Positions 18,600 through 27,405 of a stretch of 64,000 bases of DNA are shown piece after piece. The position numbers and the translations under genes were made by a program. This DNA is from Planctomycetota bacterium (GTDB taxonomy: Bacteria; Planctomycetota; GCA-002687715; CAIWVZ01). The DNA is taken from contig JBGANV010000006.1 of NCBI GenBank assembly GCA_044222185.1, positions 224,001 to 288,000 on the forward strand, in the 5' to 3' direction. How positions within the stretch are numbered: position 1 is the stretch's first letter; each line of letters starts with the position of its first letter. A model generated the notes under the pieces. That model saw only the letters and a program-made list of their open reading frames with translations. It searched no databases and was not told the origin of the DNA.

Positions 18600-19612
18600 C
18601 GGGTCGCTCTCCGCATGCGCTGTGCGATGGACTCGCGAACGGCTGGCGACTGAATCATGCACACGGCGAGGACCGCGAGCGCTTTCGGGAGGGGCGCCAC
18701 GTCGGCGCTCACGTCGTTCAGGTAGAGCGTCTTCGTCAGCGTCTGGATGAACAGGGCTCCGAGTAGCGTCCCGACCAGGTTGAACCGGCCGCCCGTCAGG
18801 GCCGTTCCGCCGATGACCACGGCGAGGATCGCGTCGAGTTCCACGAACAGGCCCGCATTGTTCGCATCCGCAGCCTTGATGTAGGCGCACTCGACGAGGC
18901 CGGCGACACCGGCGAGAAGCCCGGCCGCGACGTAGGCGAAGGACTTGATCCGCCGATCGGAGAGCCCGGCCAGGCGCGCGGCCTCCGGGTTGTTTCCGAC
19001 GCTCTCGATGAACAGGCCCAGTGCGGTGTGCCGCGTGACCACCGCAACGATCGTCGCGATCCCGAGGGCGAGAGCCACCGGTGCCGGAAGTCCGAGCACG
19101 GGACTGTTCGCGAACGAAGCGAGGCCGTGATGCTCGAAGGTGATGATGAGGCCGGAGGTGACGAGTTGCGCGATGCCCCGACCGGCGACCATCAGCACGA
19201 GAGTGGCGACGATGGGCTGGATGCGCAGTCGCGTCACCAGGAGTCCGTTGCACGCGCCGCATGCGGCGGCTGCGCTGAGGGCCGCGAGGATGACGAGGGG
19301 AAACGGGAGCGCCGATTCCGTGACCAGCCGCGCTGCCACGGCGCCCGTGATGGCCATCACCGCGCCGACGGAGAGATCGACGCCGCCGGTCGCGACGACG
19401 AGGGTCATTCCCAGCGCGACGATCGCGATCTTCGCGCCGTGATTCAGGACGTCGATGATGGTCCCGAACAGGCGTCCATCACGGATCTCGACGGCGAAGA
19501 AGTGCGGAGACGCAACGGCGTTGACGAGGAGCAACGCGCCGAGCGCGAGACCTGGTGGGAGGAGCCGCCGGAGCGGGGAGAGATTCCGAACGGGCGCCGG
19601 GTCAGGTGCCAT
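18596..19612 (-). CDS. ytfT: Sugar ABC transporter permease, YtfT-like
   Basis: 'DGRLFGTIIDVL', 'GMTLVVATGGVDLSVGA', 'IQPIVATLVLMVAGRGIAQL', 'ADANNAGL..ELDAILAVVIGG'. Confidence 0.85.
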   Translation of the reverse strand: MAPDPAPVRNLSPLRRLLPPGLALGALLLVNAVASPHFFAVEIRDGRLFGTIIDVLNHGAKIAIVALGMTLVVATGGVDLSVGAVMAITGAVAARLVTESALPFPLVILAALSAAAACGACNGLLVTRLRIQPIVATLVLMVAGRGIAQLVTSGLIITFEHHGLASFANSPVLGLPAPVALALGIATIVAVVTRHTALGLFIESVGNNPEAARLAGLSDRRIKSFAYVAAGLLAGVAGLVECAYIKAADANNAGLFVELDAILAVVIGGTALTGGRFNLVGTLLGALFIQTLTKTLYLNDVSADVAPLPKALAVLAVCMIQSPAVRESIAQRMRRATR

Positions 19613-21158
19613 GTCCAGCCACCGTGTCCATCACCGCCTTGACCGAGATACCCTGACCGCCGAGCTCGCCGACCTGACGCCGATCGCGCAGGACGACGAG
19701 GCGGACACACGCGGCGACCAGCTCGTCGAGGTCCGAGCTGACGAGGAGGATCGCCATCCCGTCGGCCCGAAGCTGGCTGATCAGCCGGTGGATCTCCGCA
19801 CGGGCGCCGACGTCGATGCCCCGCGTCGGCTCGTCGAGGATGAGGAGGCGCGGCGACGTTGCCAGCCACCGCGCGAGGAGCGCTTTCTGTTGATTGCCGC
19901 CGGAAAGCCGCACGATCGGTGTCTCGGCACTGGGCGTCTTGATCCGCAAGGCCGCGATGAACCGATCGGCGAGCTCTCGCCGTTCGCGGCGCGTGAGCGG
20001 TCGGAGAGCGCCGCGTCGAGCCTGGAGCGCGAGCACGATGTTCTCGCGCACCGACAGATTGGGAATGAGCCCTTCGAGCCTGCGATCCTCCGGAGTCATC
20101 GCGATACCGTGGGCGATTGCATCGCGCGGACTGCGGAGCTGTACGGGGGTGCCATCGAGGGCCACCGACCCCGCATCGGCGCGGTCGGCGCCGAAGAGGA
20201 GGCGGGCGACCTCGGTGCGCCCCGAACCCAGGAGGCCCGCGAGCCCCACGGCTTCGCCGCGGCCGATCTGGATGTCGATTCCCGAAACGGATCCCGTGCG
20301 ACCGAGTCCTGTTGCGCGGAGGCGCGGAACCTGGTCCGGCGCACCGGCCGTGGGGTCGGAGGGGCGGACCGATGGTTCGGGCTTCTCCTCGCGGCCGATC
20401 ATCATGTGCACCAGCTCTCGTCGCGAGAGCGCGTGGACCGGCCGCGTTCCCACCGCCCGGCCGTCGCGCAGGACGGTGATCCGGTCGGCGACGGCGTAGA
20501 CCTGATCCAGGAAGTGTGTGACGAGGATGACGGACACGCCGGCGTCGCGGACGCGCCGCAGCGTCGCGAACAGGGCCTCGACCTCGGTGGAATCGAGACT
20601 CGACGTGGGCTCGTCGAGGATGAGCACTCGGGGTGACACGTCCAGTGCACGGGCGATCGCGACGAGCTGGCGGGTCGCGAGCGAGCAGGAGGCAAGCCGG
20701 AGGCTCACGTCGACCGTGATCCCGATCCGGGCCAGCGCCGCGGCGGCGCGCTTGCGCGCGAGCTTCCAGTCGATCCGCATGAACCGCATGGGCTCGCGTC
20801 CGATGGTGAGGTTCTCGGCGACGCTCAGGTCGCCGATCAGCGGAACCTCCTGGTGGACGATGCTGACGCCGCGGGCCTCGGCCTCGCGCGGCGACGCGGG
20901 CGCGAATGGGCGGCCGTCCAGTTCCATCCGTCCGGCCGTGGGCTGGTAGACGCCCGCCAGCAGCTTGATGAGCGTGCTCTTTCCGGCGCCGTTCTCGCCC
21001 ATCAGCGCGTGAATCTCGCCTGGTGCGATTCCCACCGACGCGCCGTCGAGTGCGAGGACGGAGTCGAACCGCATGGTGAGTCCGTCGACGCGCAGGCGGA
21101 GAGCCTCCGGCGCACGTGACGTCTCGTTCGAGCCGGTGACCGGGTGCAGATGTTCCAA
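19602..21158 (-). CDS. ytfR: Sugar ABC transporter ATP-binding protein with two ABC domains, YtfR-like
   Basis: 'GENGAGKST', 'LILDEPTSSLD', 'GLLGSGRTE', 'LSGGNQQK', 'DEPTRGIDVGA'; start uncertain. Confidence 0.85.
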   Translation of the reverse strand: MEHLHPVTGSNETSRAPEALRLRVDGLTMRFDSVLALDGASVGIAPGEIHALMGENGAGKSTLIKLLAGVYQPTAGRMELDGRPFAPASPREAEARGVSIVHQEVPLIGDLSVAENLTIGREPMRFMRIDWKLARKRAAAALARIGITVDVSLRLASCSLATRQLVAIARALDVSPRVLILDEPTSSLDSTEVEALFATLRRVRDAGVSVILVTHFLDQVYAVADRITVLRDGRAVGTRPVHALSRRELVHMMIGREEKPEPSVRPSDPTAGAPDQVPRLRATGLGRTGSVSGIDIQIGRGEAVGLAGLLGSGRTEVARLLFGADRADAGSVALDGTPVQLRSPRDAIAHGIAMTPEDRRLEGLIPNLSVRENIVLALQARRGALRPLTRRERRELADRFIAALRIKTPSAETPIVRLSGGNQQKALLARWLATSPRLLILDEPTRGIDVGARAEIHRLISQLRADGMAILLVSSDLDELVAACVRLVVLRDRRQVGELGGQGISVKAVMDTVAGHGT

Positions 21159-21434
21159 CGACGAGGGTCCTGTCGCGATCGGGCCGCCATGTCATGGCGG
21201 GCGCACAGCTTACCGCGGTGGCCACGTGCCGTCCGTGACCCGTGCTTGCGGCGGGGATTGCGAACGGCGACCTCGGCCGCCGGACCCCTCGCGCGCGCCG
21301 CTCCGTCCCATTCCGGATGGGTTTCGAGACCACGAGTCCTATCGTGCCCTGCTTCCTGTCGGGACTTCTTCCGGATCGTCCTACCCCACCCGTTCGATGC
21401 CGACAGGCTCGAAGGCTCTTCAAAGGAGGACCCC

Positions 21435-21956
21435 ATGAAGGTCAGTCAGCTCATGTGTCGCGACGTGGTTTGCTGCTCGAACTCGACCTCACTCGCCGAG
21501 CCTGCCCGCATCATGTGGGACTGCGACGTGGGGTTCGTTCCCGTGATCGACCCCGATTCCAAGGCGTTGAGCGGTGTCGTGACCGACCGCGACATCTGCA
21601 TGGCCGCGTACACGACGGGTCGGGCGCTGAATGACATCCCGGTCCGCGTTGCCATGCAGACGAACGTCTTCAGCTGCTCGGAAGCCGACGACATCGACCG
21701 CGTCCACACGATCATGCGCGAGCAGCAACTGCGCCGCGTGCCCGTCGTCGACGCGGACAACCACGTCATCGGCGTCGTGGGGCTGAACGATCTCGCGCGG
21801 CACGCGGATCGAACCGCCGTCGGCAGTCTGCGCGAGATGTTCTTGAAGACCGTCGCCGCGGTGTGCCACCCGCGACACGGCGTCGAGACGACTGAAGCCA
21901 AACCGGCGGTCCAGAAGCCCACGGCGCTCGGAGTTGCCGCCGCCCACGACAACTGA
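21435..21956 (+). CDS. CBS domain-pair protein
   Basis: AAGGAGG RBS; 'ARIMWDCDVGFVPV...GVVTDRDIC', 'MREQQLRRVPVVD'. Confidence 0.9.
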   Translation: MKVSQLMCRDVVCCSNSTSLAEPARIMWDCDVGFVPVIDPDSKALSGVVTDRDICMAAYTTGRALNDIPVRVAMQTNVFSCSEADDIDRVHTIMREQQLRRVPVVDADNHVIGVVGLNDLARHADRTAVGSLREMFLKTVAAVCHPRHGVETTEAKPAVQKPTALGVAAAHDN

Positions 21957-22163
21957 CGCCAGAAGCGGGGGGCCGAATTCATGGCTGCCGCACCCCCCGG
22001 GGGCGGGACCCGGGCCCCCCGAACGCGTGTCCGGTGTCGGGCCCACAGGCAGGCGCCGCAGCGGCAGATTTCCGGAGTAGACTCGCCCCAGGCGACGTTG
22101 GCCGGGGTCCTCAAATCACGTTCTTGCAGGAGCCTTTCGGCCCTCCGGCAGGCGATGTTGGTG

Positions 22164-22193
22164 TTGAATCCGCCGCCGCCCAGAACCTAGACT
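22164..22193 (+). promoter_or_regulatory. Putative sigma70 promoter for the 22244 gene
   Basis: TTGAAT (22164-22169), 18 nt spacer, TAGACT (22188-22193). Confidence 0.5.
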
Positions 22194-22243
22194 CCCCAGC
22201 CTGGCTTTTGCCGGTGTTTTCCTCCCTCAAGAAAGAGACGGTC

Positions 22244-23401
22244 ATGCAGAAAGTGAAGCACGTTGCCGCGGCAGCCGCGGCCCTGTTCGTCGTTTCATCG
22301 TTCGCGGTCGCGCAGAACGCTGAAATGCAGCACAAGGACGGAACGACGACGTTCACCACGCGCGGCGGCAACAACGCGGTTCCGGCTGGCGTCTACCAGC
22401 GTTATCCGGCCGACCAGATCTGCGGCGCGCAGACGCTGAAGTCGTTCGCGATGATCGTTCAGGACCAGGTTGCGACGACGGTCGAGAACTTCGTGATCAC
22501 CGTCCGCAGCAACGACGCCACCGGCCCGGCGACCGGGTCACCGGACATCACGGCGACGGGCATTCTCGGTTCGGCCACGTTCACCGGCGCATCCTTCGGC
22601 ACCACCGCGACCGCCGTCGCCGCGGTCGTGACGATCACGTTTGCTGGTGCTGGCATGCCGCTTCCGACCGCCGCGGCTGGCGCCGTGCCGGGTGATGACA
22701 TCTACTGCGGCGTCGATCTCCCGCAGACGACCGGAACGAATCCCGCATGGCCGACCGATGGCTGCTCGACGCACGCCAACGCGACGTCGGGGACGGACCT
22801 CGGAGAGCAGTTCCGCACGACCGCCGTCGGATACACCGGCGTCGCTGGCGTGATGGGATGCGGGTGGGGCGTCAACTACTCGACGGGCGTCAAGGCGCTC
22901 AGCGCCGGCAACCGTTCGTACAGCCCGGCGATCAAGCCCGGCCAGGACGTCCTTCAGCCGTTCGCCGACAACGCCGCGGTGTTCGTCGGTGGGACGACCG
23001 CAGGCACGAACCCGAACTTCGGGTACGCCGGCATCTTCCCTGACGTCGTGCGTGGCGACGGCTTCGGCCTCCGCCTCCGTTCGAACGCGCCGGTGGGATC
23101 GTCGGTCATCTTCGCGTTCGACTTCGTTTCCGGACCGCGCACGGGTCTGGGAGTGGACGGAGACCTCTGCCTGAACTTCGCCTCCCCGTCGCTCACGATC
23201 TTCCCGGTCACGCTGACGACGGTCGCTCCCGGTGCGTTGCCCCAGTACGGCACGTCGCACACGAGCGAACTGATCATTGGACCGTTCAGCGGCCTCGCGG
23301 GTATCGCTGGCGCCGGGAACATCTTCGGTCAGACCGGTACGATCGACGCGACGGCGACCGGTGGCGTTCGCCTCTCGACGCTGGCTCGCGCCAACTTCTG
23401 A
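22244..23401 (+). CDS. Secreted Gly/Thr/Ala-rich hypothetical protein (possible abundant surface protein)
   Basis: Signal peptide AVA|Q; own promoter and terminator; C-terminal 'NIFGQTGTIDATATGGVRLSTLARANF'. Confidence 0.75.
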   Translation: MQKVKHVAAAAAALFVVSSFAVAQNAEMQHKDGTTTFTTRGGNNAVPAGVYQRYPADQICGAQTLKSFAMIVQDQVATTVENFVITVRSNDATGPATGSPDITATGILGSATFTGASFGTTATAVAAVVTITFAGAGMPLPTAAAGAVPGDDIYCGVDLPQTTGTNPAWPTDGCSTHANATSGTDLGEQFRTTAVGYTGVAGVMGCGWGVNYSTGVKALSAGNRSYSPAIKPGQDVLQPFADNAAVFVGGTTAGTNPNFGYAGIFPDVVRGDGFGLRLRSNAPVGSSVIFAFDFVSGPRTGLGVDGDLCLNFASPSLTIFPVTLTTVAPGALPQYGTSHTSELIIGPFSGLAGIAGAGNIFGQTGTIDATATGGVRLSTLARANF

Positions 23402-23430
23402 TCGCCAGCTCGATTCATTTCGGTGCAGAC

Positions 23431-23471
23431 CCGGGCTTCGTCGCGGATGCGGCGAGGCCCGGTTCGTTTTT
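23431..23471 (+). terminator. Rho-independent terminator
   Basis: CCGGGCTTCGTCGC / GCGGCGAGGCCCGG stem with G-U pairs, followed by TTCGTTTTT. Confidence 0.75.
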
Positions 23472-23534
23472 CGGCGACTGGCGCCCGGTTCCCCGGTGCG
23501 GAGCCCAGTCGGCGATGGGGTACACTTCGAAACG

Positions 23535-23981
23535 ATGAACCGCACGTCATTGGTGTCCGTGGCCGCCATCCTTGCAGTCGCTGGAGTTGGCGCGTGGTTC
23601 CTGGCACGTCCGGGTCAGGACCTGCCCAAGGCCCTGATCATCACGGATGCTCCCGCACCGCTCGCGCGGCCCGACCGAGGTGCTCCACCGACGCGCCCGA
23701 GCGCGACGCCGGACCAGACCCCGGCGACGAAACCCGCGCCCCCATCCGTGGTCGCCAGCACGGCCAACGGTGCACGGGCCGCCGATTCCCCGCACCCGCC
23801 GGTGCACGACTACCTGCCGGATCGACGACCTGACGAGATCCTTCCGGACGGCACGCACGTCTACCACAACTACCCGTTCCAGCTGAAACAGCCGGACGGA
23901 ACGTACACGACGGTCCCCGTCACGGTCACCTTCAAGCCGATTGCGGCGTTGCCCGTCGAGCCGACCGACGGCGGGAAGTGA
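23535..23981 (+). CDS. Hypothetical membrane-anchored Pro-rich protein
   Basis: N-terminal TM 'LVSVAAILAVAGVGAWFLA', Pro/Thr linker, small C-terminal domain; TACACT 8 nt upstream of ATG. Confidence 0.65.
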   Translation: MNRTSLVSVAAILAVAGVGAWFLARPGQDLPKALIITDAPAPLARPDRGAPPTRPSATPDQTPATKPAPPSVVASTANGARAADSPHPPVHDYLPDRRPDEILPDGTHVYHNYPFQLKQPDGTYTTVPVTVTFKPIAALPVEPTDGGK

Positions 23982-24113
23982 TGCGGTCACTGGTCCGTGC
24001 GCGCGCGGTGAATCTGGCCGTGCCTGCCGCGACGTGTGCGCGCACGCCACCTTCGAGGCGTGGCGCGGTGGATTGAAGGTGTTCGACCAGGGACACCACG
24101 GCGTCGCAAGGCT

Positions 24114-27100
24114 TCAGTGATCCGTCCTGGTGCGAAGCGCGATCTTGGCCTTCGCTTCCGGCGCGGTGGCGCGCACCTCGAGGATCTCCGTCGCAGAGCT
24201 TCCGGCCGCGTTTCGCGCGACCAGCTCGTACCGTCCGACGGAAAGCGGGAACGCGAACTCCGCCGCCGCGTTCGCAGCCGGGAACACACCGAGGTCCCAC
24301 ACCGTGATGCCCGCGGCGTCCTTGACCTCGAGGTCGACCGGCCCCTCCCGGTCGGCCCGCGGCGCCGTGACCGTGACGGTGCACGGCACCCCGGGCTCGG
24401 GAGTGACGCTCATGCGCGTCGTCTCGTGCGCGCGGACCTCAGCCGAAACCACGAGCGGCGCGCATTCGGGGACGTTGACGCGGACGGAGTAGCTGCCCGC
24501 GGCGAGCCTGTAGGCGCGGTCGAGTTTCGGATCCGGCTCCGACTCGATCTTCACGCCATCGCGGGTGTAGACCGTGAGCCGCACGTTCGCCGCCGCGCGC
24601 GCGCTGACACCCGTGGCGTCGATCTTGAGCAGTCCGGTTTCTGGGAGCGTGATCGTTCCCAGATCCCAGGTTTCGTCCCGCTGGAGGTTGCGACGCGGGA
24701 TTCCGAGGCTCACACCGCCAGTTGCCGTGATCGCAATCCAGTACGTGCCGGCGAGGAGCGGCCCCACTCGGAACGCGCCGTCGGACGCTCCGGTGTGTGC
24801 CGTCTGCCCGATCGCCGGCTGATCGCGCCAGACGGTGACGTCCGCGCCCTCGACGGGGTGGCCGTCTCGCGTCACGATCCGACCGACGACGAACGACGAC
24901 GGCACATCCTTCGGCTCGAGGCTCACGTCGAGCCGTTCGGCGCTCGGCCTCACGCCATCCCGGGACCAGACGAGATTGCCGTCGAGTTCGACGCGGACGT
25001 TGAACGCCACGTCCTCGAGCCCGTGAAAGCCAAAGCTCCCGCTGGCGTCGGTGAACATCTCGGTCATCGCGCCGGGTCCCGATGCTCCAGGCCGCTCGAT
25101 CCGGACGGCGGCGCTCGGGACCGGGCGGCCGTCTTCGCGGCGCACCGCACCAGCGATCGACGCGTGCGTCGCGAGCTGGGGATTCCAGGTGACGCGGGCG
25201 CCGTCCTCGCCCGAAAGCGTGGCGGAAACGTGGCCCGCCGCACGGCCCTCGACCGCGACCGAGGCGGACCCTGGTCGGAGCCCCGGAAGCTCGAACGTTC
25301 CGTCAGCGGCGCATCGTGTTTCCTGGCACTCGAACGTCCCCGGAGTGCCGACGGAGACGACGCAGTCCTTGGGCGGCGATCCATCCGCCTGTGCGACACG
25401 CCCTGTGAGCGTCCATCCGCGGCTCAGCGTCATGTCGAGCGTGCGGACCTCGCCGACTCCGAGCGTGACGTCCTGCCGGACGACACCACGGCCGACCGCG
25501 CGAACCATCACACTCTGGAGGCGCGGTGACAGCCCGTCGACGCGGAAGCGACCTTCCGCGCTCGTCTGGGCGATCATGGGCGGAAAATCGCCGCAGTCGT
25601 GCCCGTCCGTCACGGTGAGGCGGCCCGGTGCGGCCGCGCCCACGCGGACGATGGCTCCGCTGATCGGCGTCCCCGTCTCGTCGATGACCCGCCCCGCGAG
25701 GCTCGCGCTCTTCCGACCCTGGAGGAGGATCGTGACGTCTGCGCGGTCGCCGCTGTGCCCTTTGACCGGCTCCCAGAATGCCGGCGTGTACCCCGGGGCG
25801 CGGGCGGTGAAGCTCTGGCCTTCGCCGACGTCGCGCAGGTGGAAGCGGCCCTCGCGATCCGCGGTCGCCACGTGGAACCACCGCTCGTAGGTCGTGGCGT
25901 AGCTCATGTACACGTCGGCACCCGGTACCGGCCCGAACGTCGGGTTCGACTCATCCCGGTCGTCGACACCCTCGACGGAGCCGTCGACGTCGATGCCCTT
26001 GGGGAGGTCCAACGTGGCAGTGACGTCGGCGCCCGATTCGAGCCGGATGGTCGTGTAGGCGTTGCTTCGATCGGCGTGGGCCGTGACGGTTCCCGGCGCC
26101 AGGTTCTCGAACACGAGCTTGCCGTCGGCGCCGGTGCGGCCGGCGGGAGACTCGGAGGACGAATTGGCCTGCCCGAATGCGACGGTCCACACGTTCACGC
26201 CGGCGGCCGGCGCGCCGTCGCGTGTCCAGCGGACGATCAGAGTGAGCTTTGCCGAGTTGGGGCGCGTTTGTGGCGTCTCACGGAACGGTAGGGGAACGAC
26301 AGCTGCCGGTGAGGCGTTTGCGCCAGGCGGCGCTTTGGGCGTGGCCGCCGTCTTCGGCCTCTCGGCGACGGCGTCGGTGGCGCCCGGTTCGTGTGCGGCC
26401 GTATTCGGGAGGGGATCCGTCGTGCGCTCCCGCGAGTTCCAGAACACGAACCCGCCGATCAGGAGAAGAACGCTCACGGCGGCGAGTTTCACTGGCGTAC
26501 TGAGCATGAGAACGATCTCCGCGCATGCGGCTGCGGTTGCAGCGACTCCCGCCGCGAGGCCCGCGGAATTCGCGGGCGCGGCAAGCGGGATCAGTCCCAG
26601 GCACCAGGCGTCGCGTTTGCCACCCGTCGACGCGTCGAGCCGAGCGCGGAGCTTCTCCAGCGCCCGGCGGTGGCGAGTGCGCACGGTCTCGACCGGGAGG
26701 CCGAGTCGCTTCGCCACCAACCGCGGCGGGAGGTTCTCGAAGTAGCGCAGGAGCATCACGTCGCGGTACGCGGGCTCGAGTTCGAGCACGGCGTCGACGA
26801 CGGTGCGCCTCAGCGATTCGCGCTCGACGACGGACGCCACCGAGGGCACGGCCTCTGGCGGCGCGACGATCGTCTCCCGTCGCTCCCGGCGCGACTCACG
26901 CACGCGGCGCTTGATCGACAAGTTGCGCGTGACCCGTGCGAGCCACGCGCTCAGCCGGCCGGACTGCGACGGCCCCGATTGGAGCGCCGCGAGCCAGGTT
27001 TGCTGAACGACGTCGTCCACGGCGTGCGCGTCGAACAAGAGACCGCGGGCCACCGCCCGGACGAAACCGTCATGGGCGAGCAACGCGACGAGGTCGATGG

Positions 27101-27116
27101 GGGTGGAGGGTTCCAT
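24114..27116 (-). CDS. ECF sigma-70 factor fused to a TM helix and periplasmic carboxypeptidase-regulatory-like repeats
   Basis: Sigma2 'VDDVVQQTWLAAL...AWLARVTRN'; sigma4 'LEPAYRDVMLLRYFE...VAKRLGLPVETVRTRHRRALEKLR'; TM 'AVSVLLLIGGFVFW'; repeated 'GRV.D..G.P..GA.V'. Confidence 0.9.
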   Translation of the reverse strand: MEPSTPIDLVALLAHDGFVRAVARGLLFDAHAVDDVVQQTWLAALQSGPSQSGRLSAWLARVTRNLSIKRRVRESRRERRETIVAPPEAVPSVASVVERESLRRTVVDAVLELEPAYRDVMLLRYFENLPPRLVAKRLGLPVETVRTRHRRALEKLRARLDASTGGKRDAWCLGLIPLAAPANSAGLAAGVAATAAACAEIVLMLSTPVKLAAVSVLLLIGGFVFWNSRERTTDPLPNTAAHEPGATDAVAERPKTAATPKAPPGANASPAAVVPLPFRETPQTRPNSAKLTLIVRWTRDGAPAAGVNVWTVAFGQANSSSESPAGRTGADGKLVFENLAPGTVTAHADRSNAYTTIRLESGADVTATLDLPKGIDVDGSVEGVDDRDESNPTFGPVPGADVYMSYATTYERWFHVATADREGRFHLRDVGEGQSFTARAPGYTPAFWEPVKGHSGDRADVTILLQGRKSASLAGRVIDETGTPISGAIVRVGAAAPGRLTVTDGHDCGDFPPMIAQTSAEGRFRVDGLSPRLQSVMVRAVGRGVVRQDVTLGVGEVRTLDMTLSRGWTLTGRVAQADGSPPKDCVVSVGTPGTFECQETRCAADGTFELPGLRPGSASVAVEGRAAGHVSATLSGEDGARVTWNPQLATHASIAGAVRREDGRPVPSAAVRIERPGASGPGAMTEMFTDASGSFGFHGLEDVAFNVRVELDGNLVWSRDGVRPSAERLDVSLEPKDVPSSFVVGRIVTRDGHPVEGADVTVWRDQPAIGQTAHTGASDGAFRVGPLLAGTYWIAITATGGVSLGIPRRNLQRDETWDLGTITLPETGLLKIDATGVSARAAANVRLTVYTRDGVKIESEPDPKLDRAYRLAAGSYSVRVNVPECAPLVVSAEVRAHETTRMSVTPEPGVPCTVTVTAPRADREGPVDLEVKDAAGITVWDLGVFPAANAAAEFAFPLSVGRYELVARNAAGSSATEILEVRATAPEAKAKIALRTRTDH

Positions 27117-27132
27117 GGGACTGCGGAGATCA

Positions 27133-27160
27133 AGTCCTCACGGATGGACGATACGGTTCA
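27133..27160 (-). promoter_or_regulatory. Putative ECF-type (autoregulatory) promoter
   Basis: Minus strand TGAACC-N17-GGACT ending about 16 nt upstream of the ECF start codon. Confidence 0.5.
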
Positions 27161-27405
27161 AATCGGGTTGCGAGGGGCAGCTCGCGAGAACCCGCGCGAG
27201 GCCGGTCGCGCTCCGGCGGAGCGCCCGTTCACGGCCGCCTCGGCCGGAACGGGCCGGATCGCCCCGCGTCCCGCGCGGTCCGGGGTGCGTCGCCTGCGTC
27301 GCGGTGCGGGATGTTCAACGCCTCATCGAGATCAGCCACGCTCTCCTCGGGCGCGGTCGCGCTTCGTTCCGAACCCTCCGACGGTGCGCACCCCCTCCGA
27401 CCGCA

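Noticed and set aside
21957-22160. 6S, SRP or other ncRNA in the CBS-to-secreted-gene gap
   Set aside because: G/C runs can pair, but no diagnostic motif of a known RNA family is recognisable on either strand.
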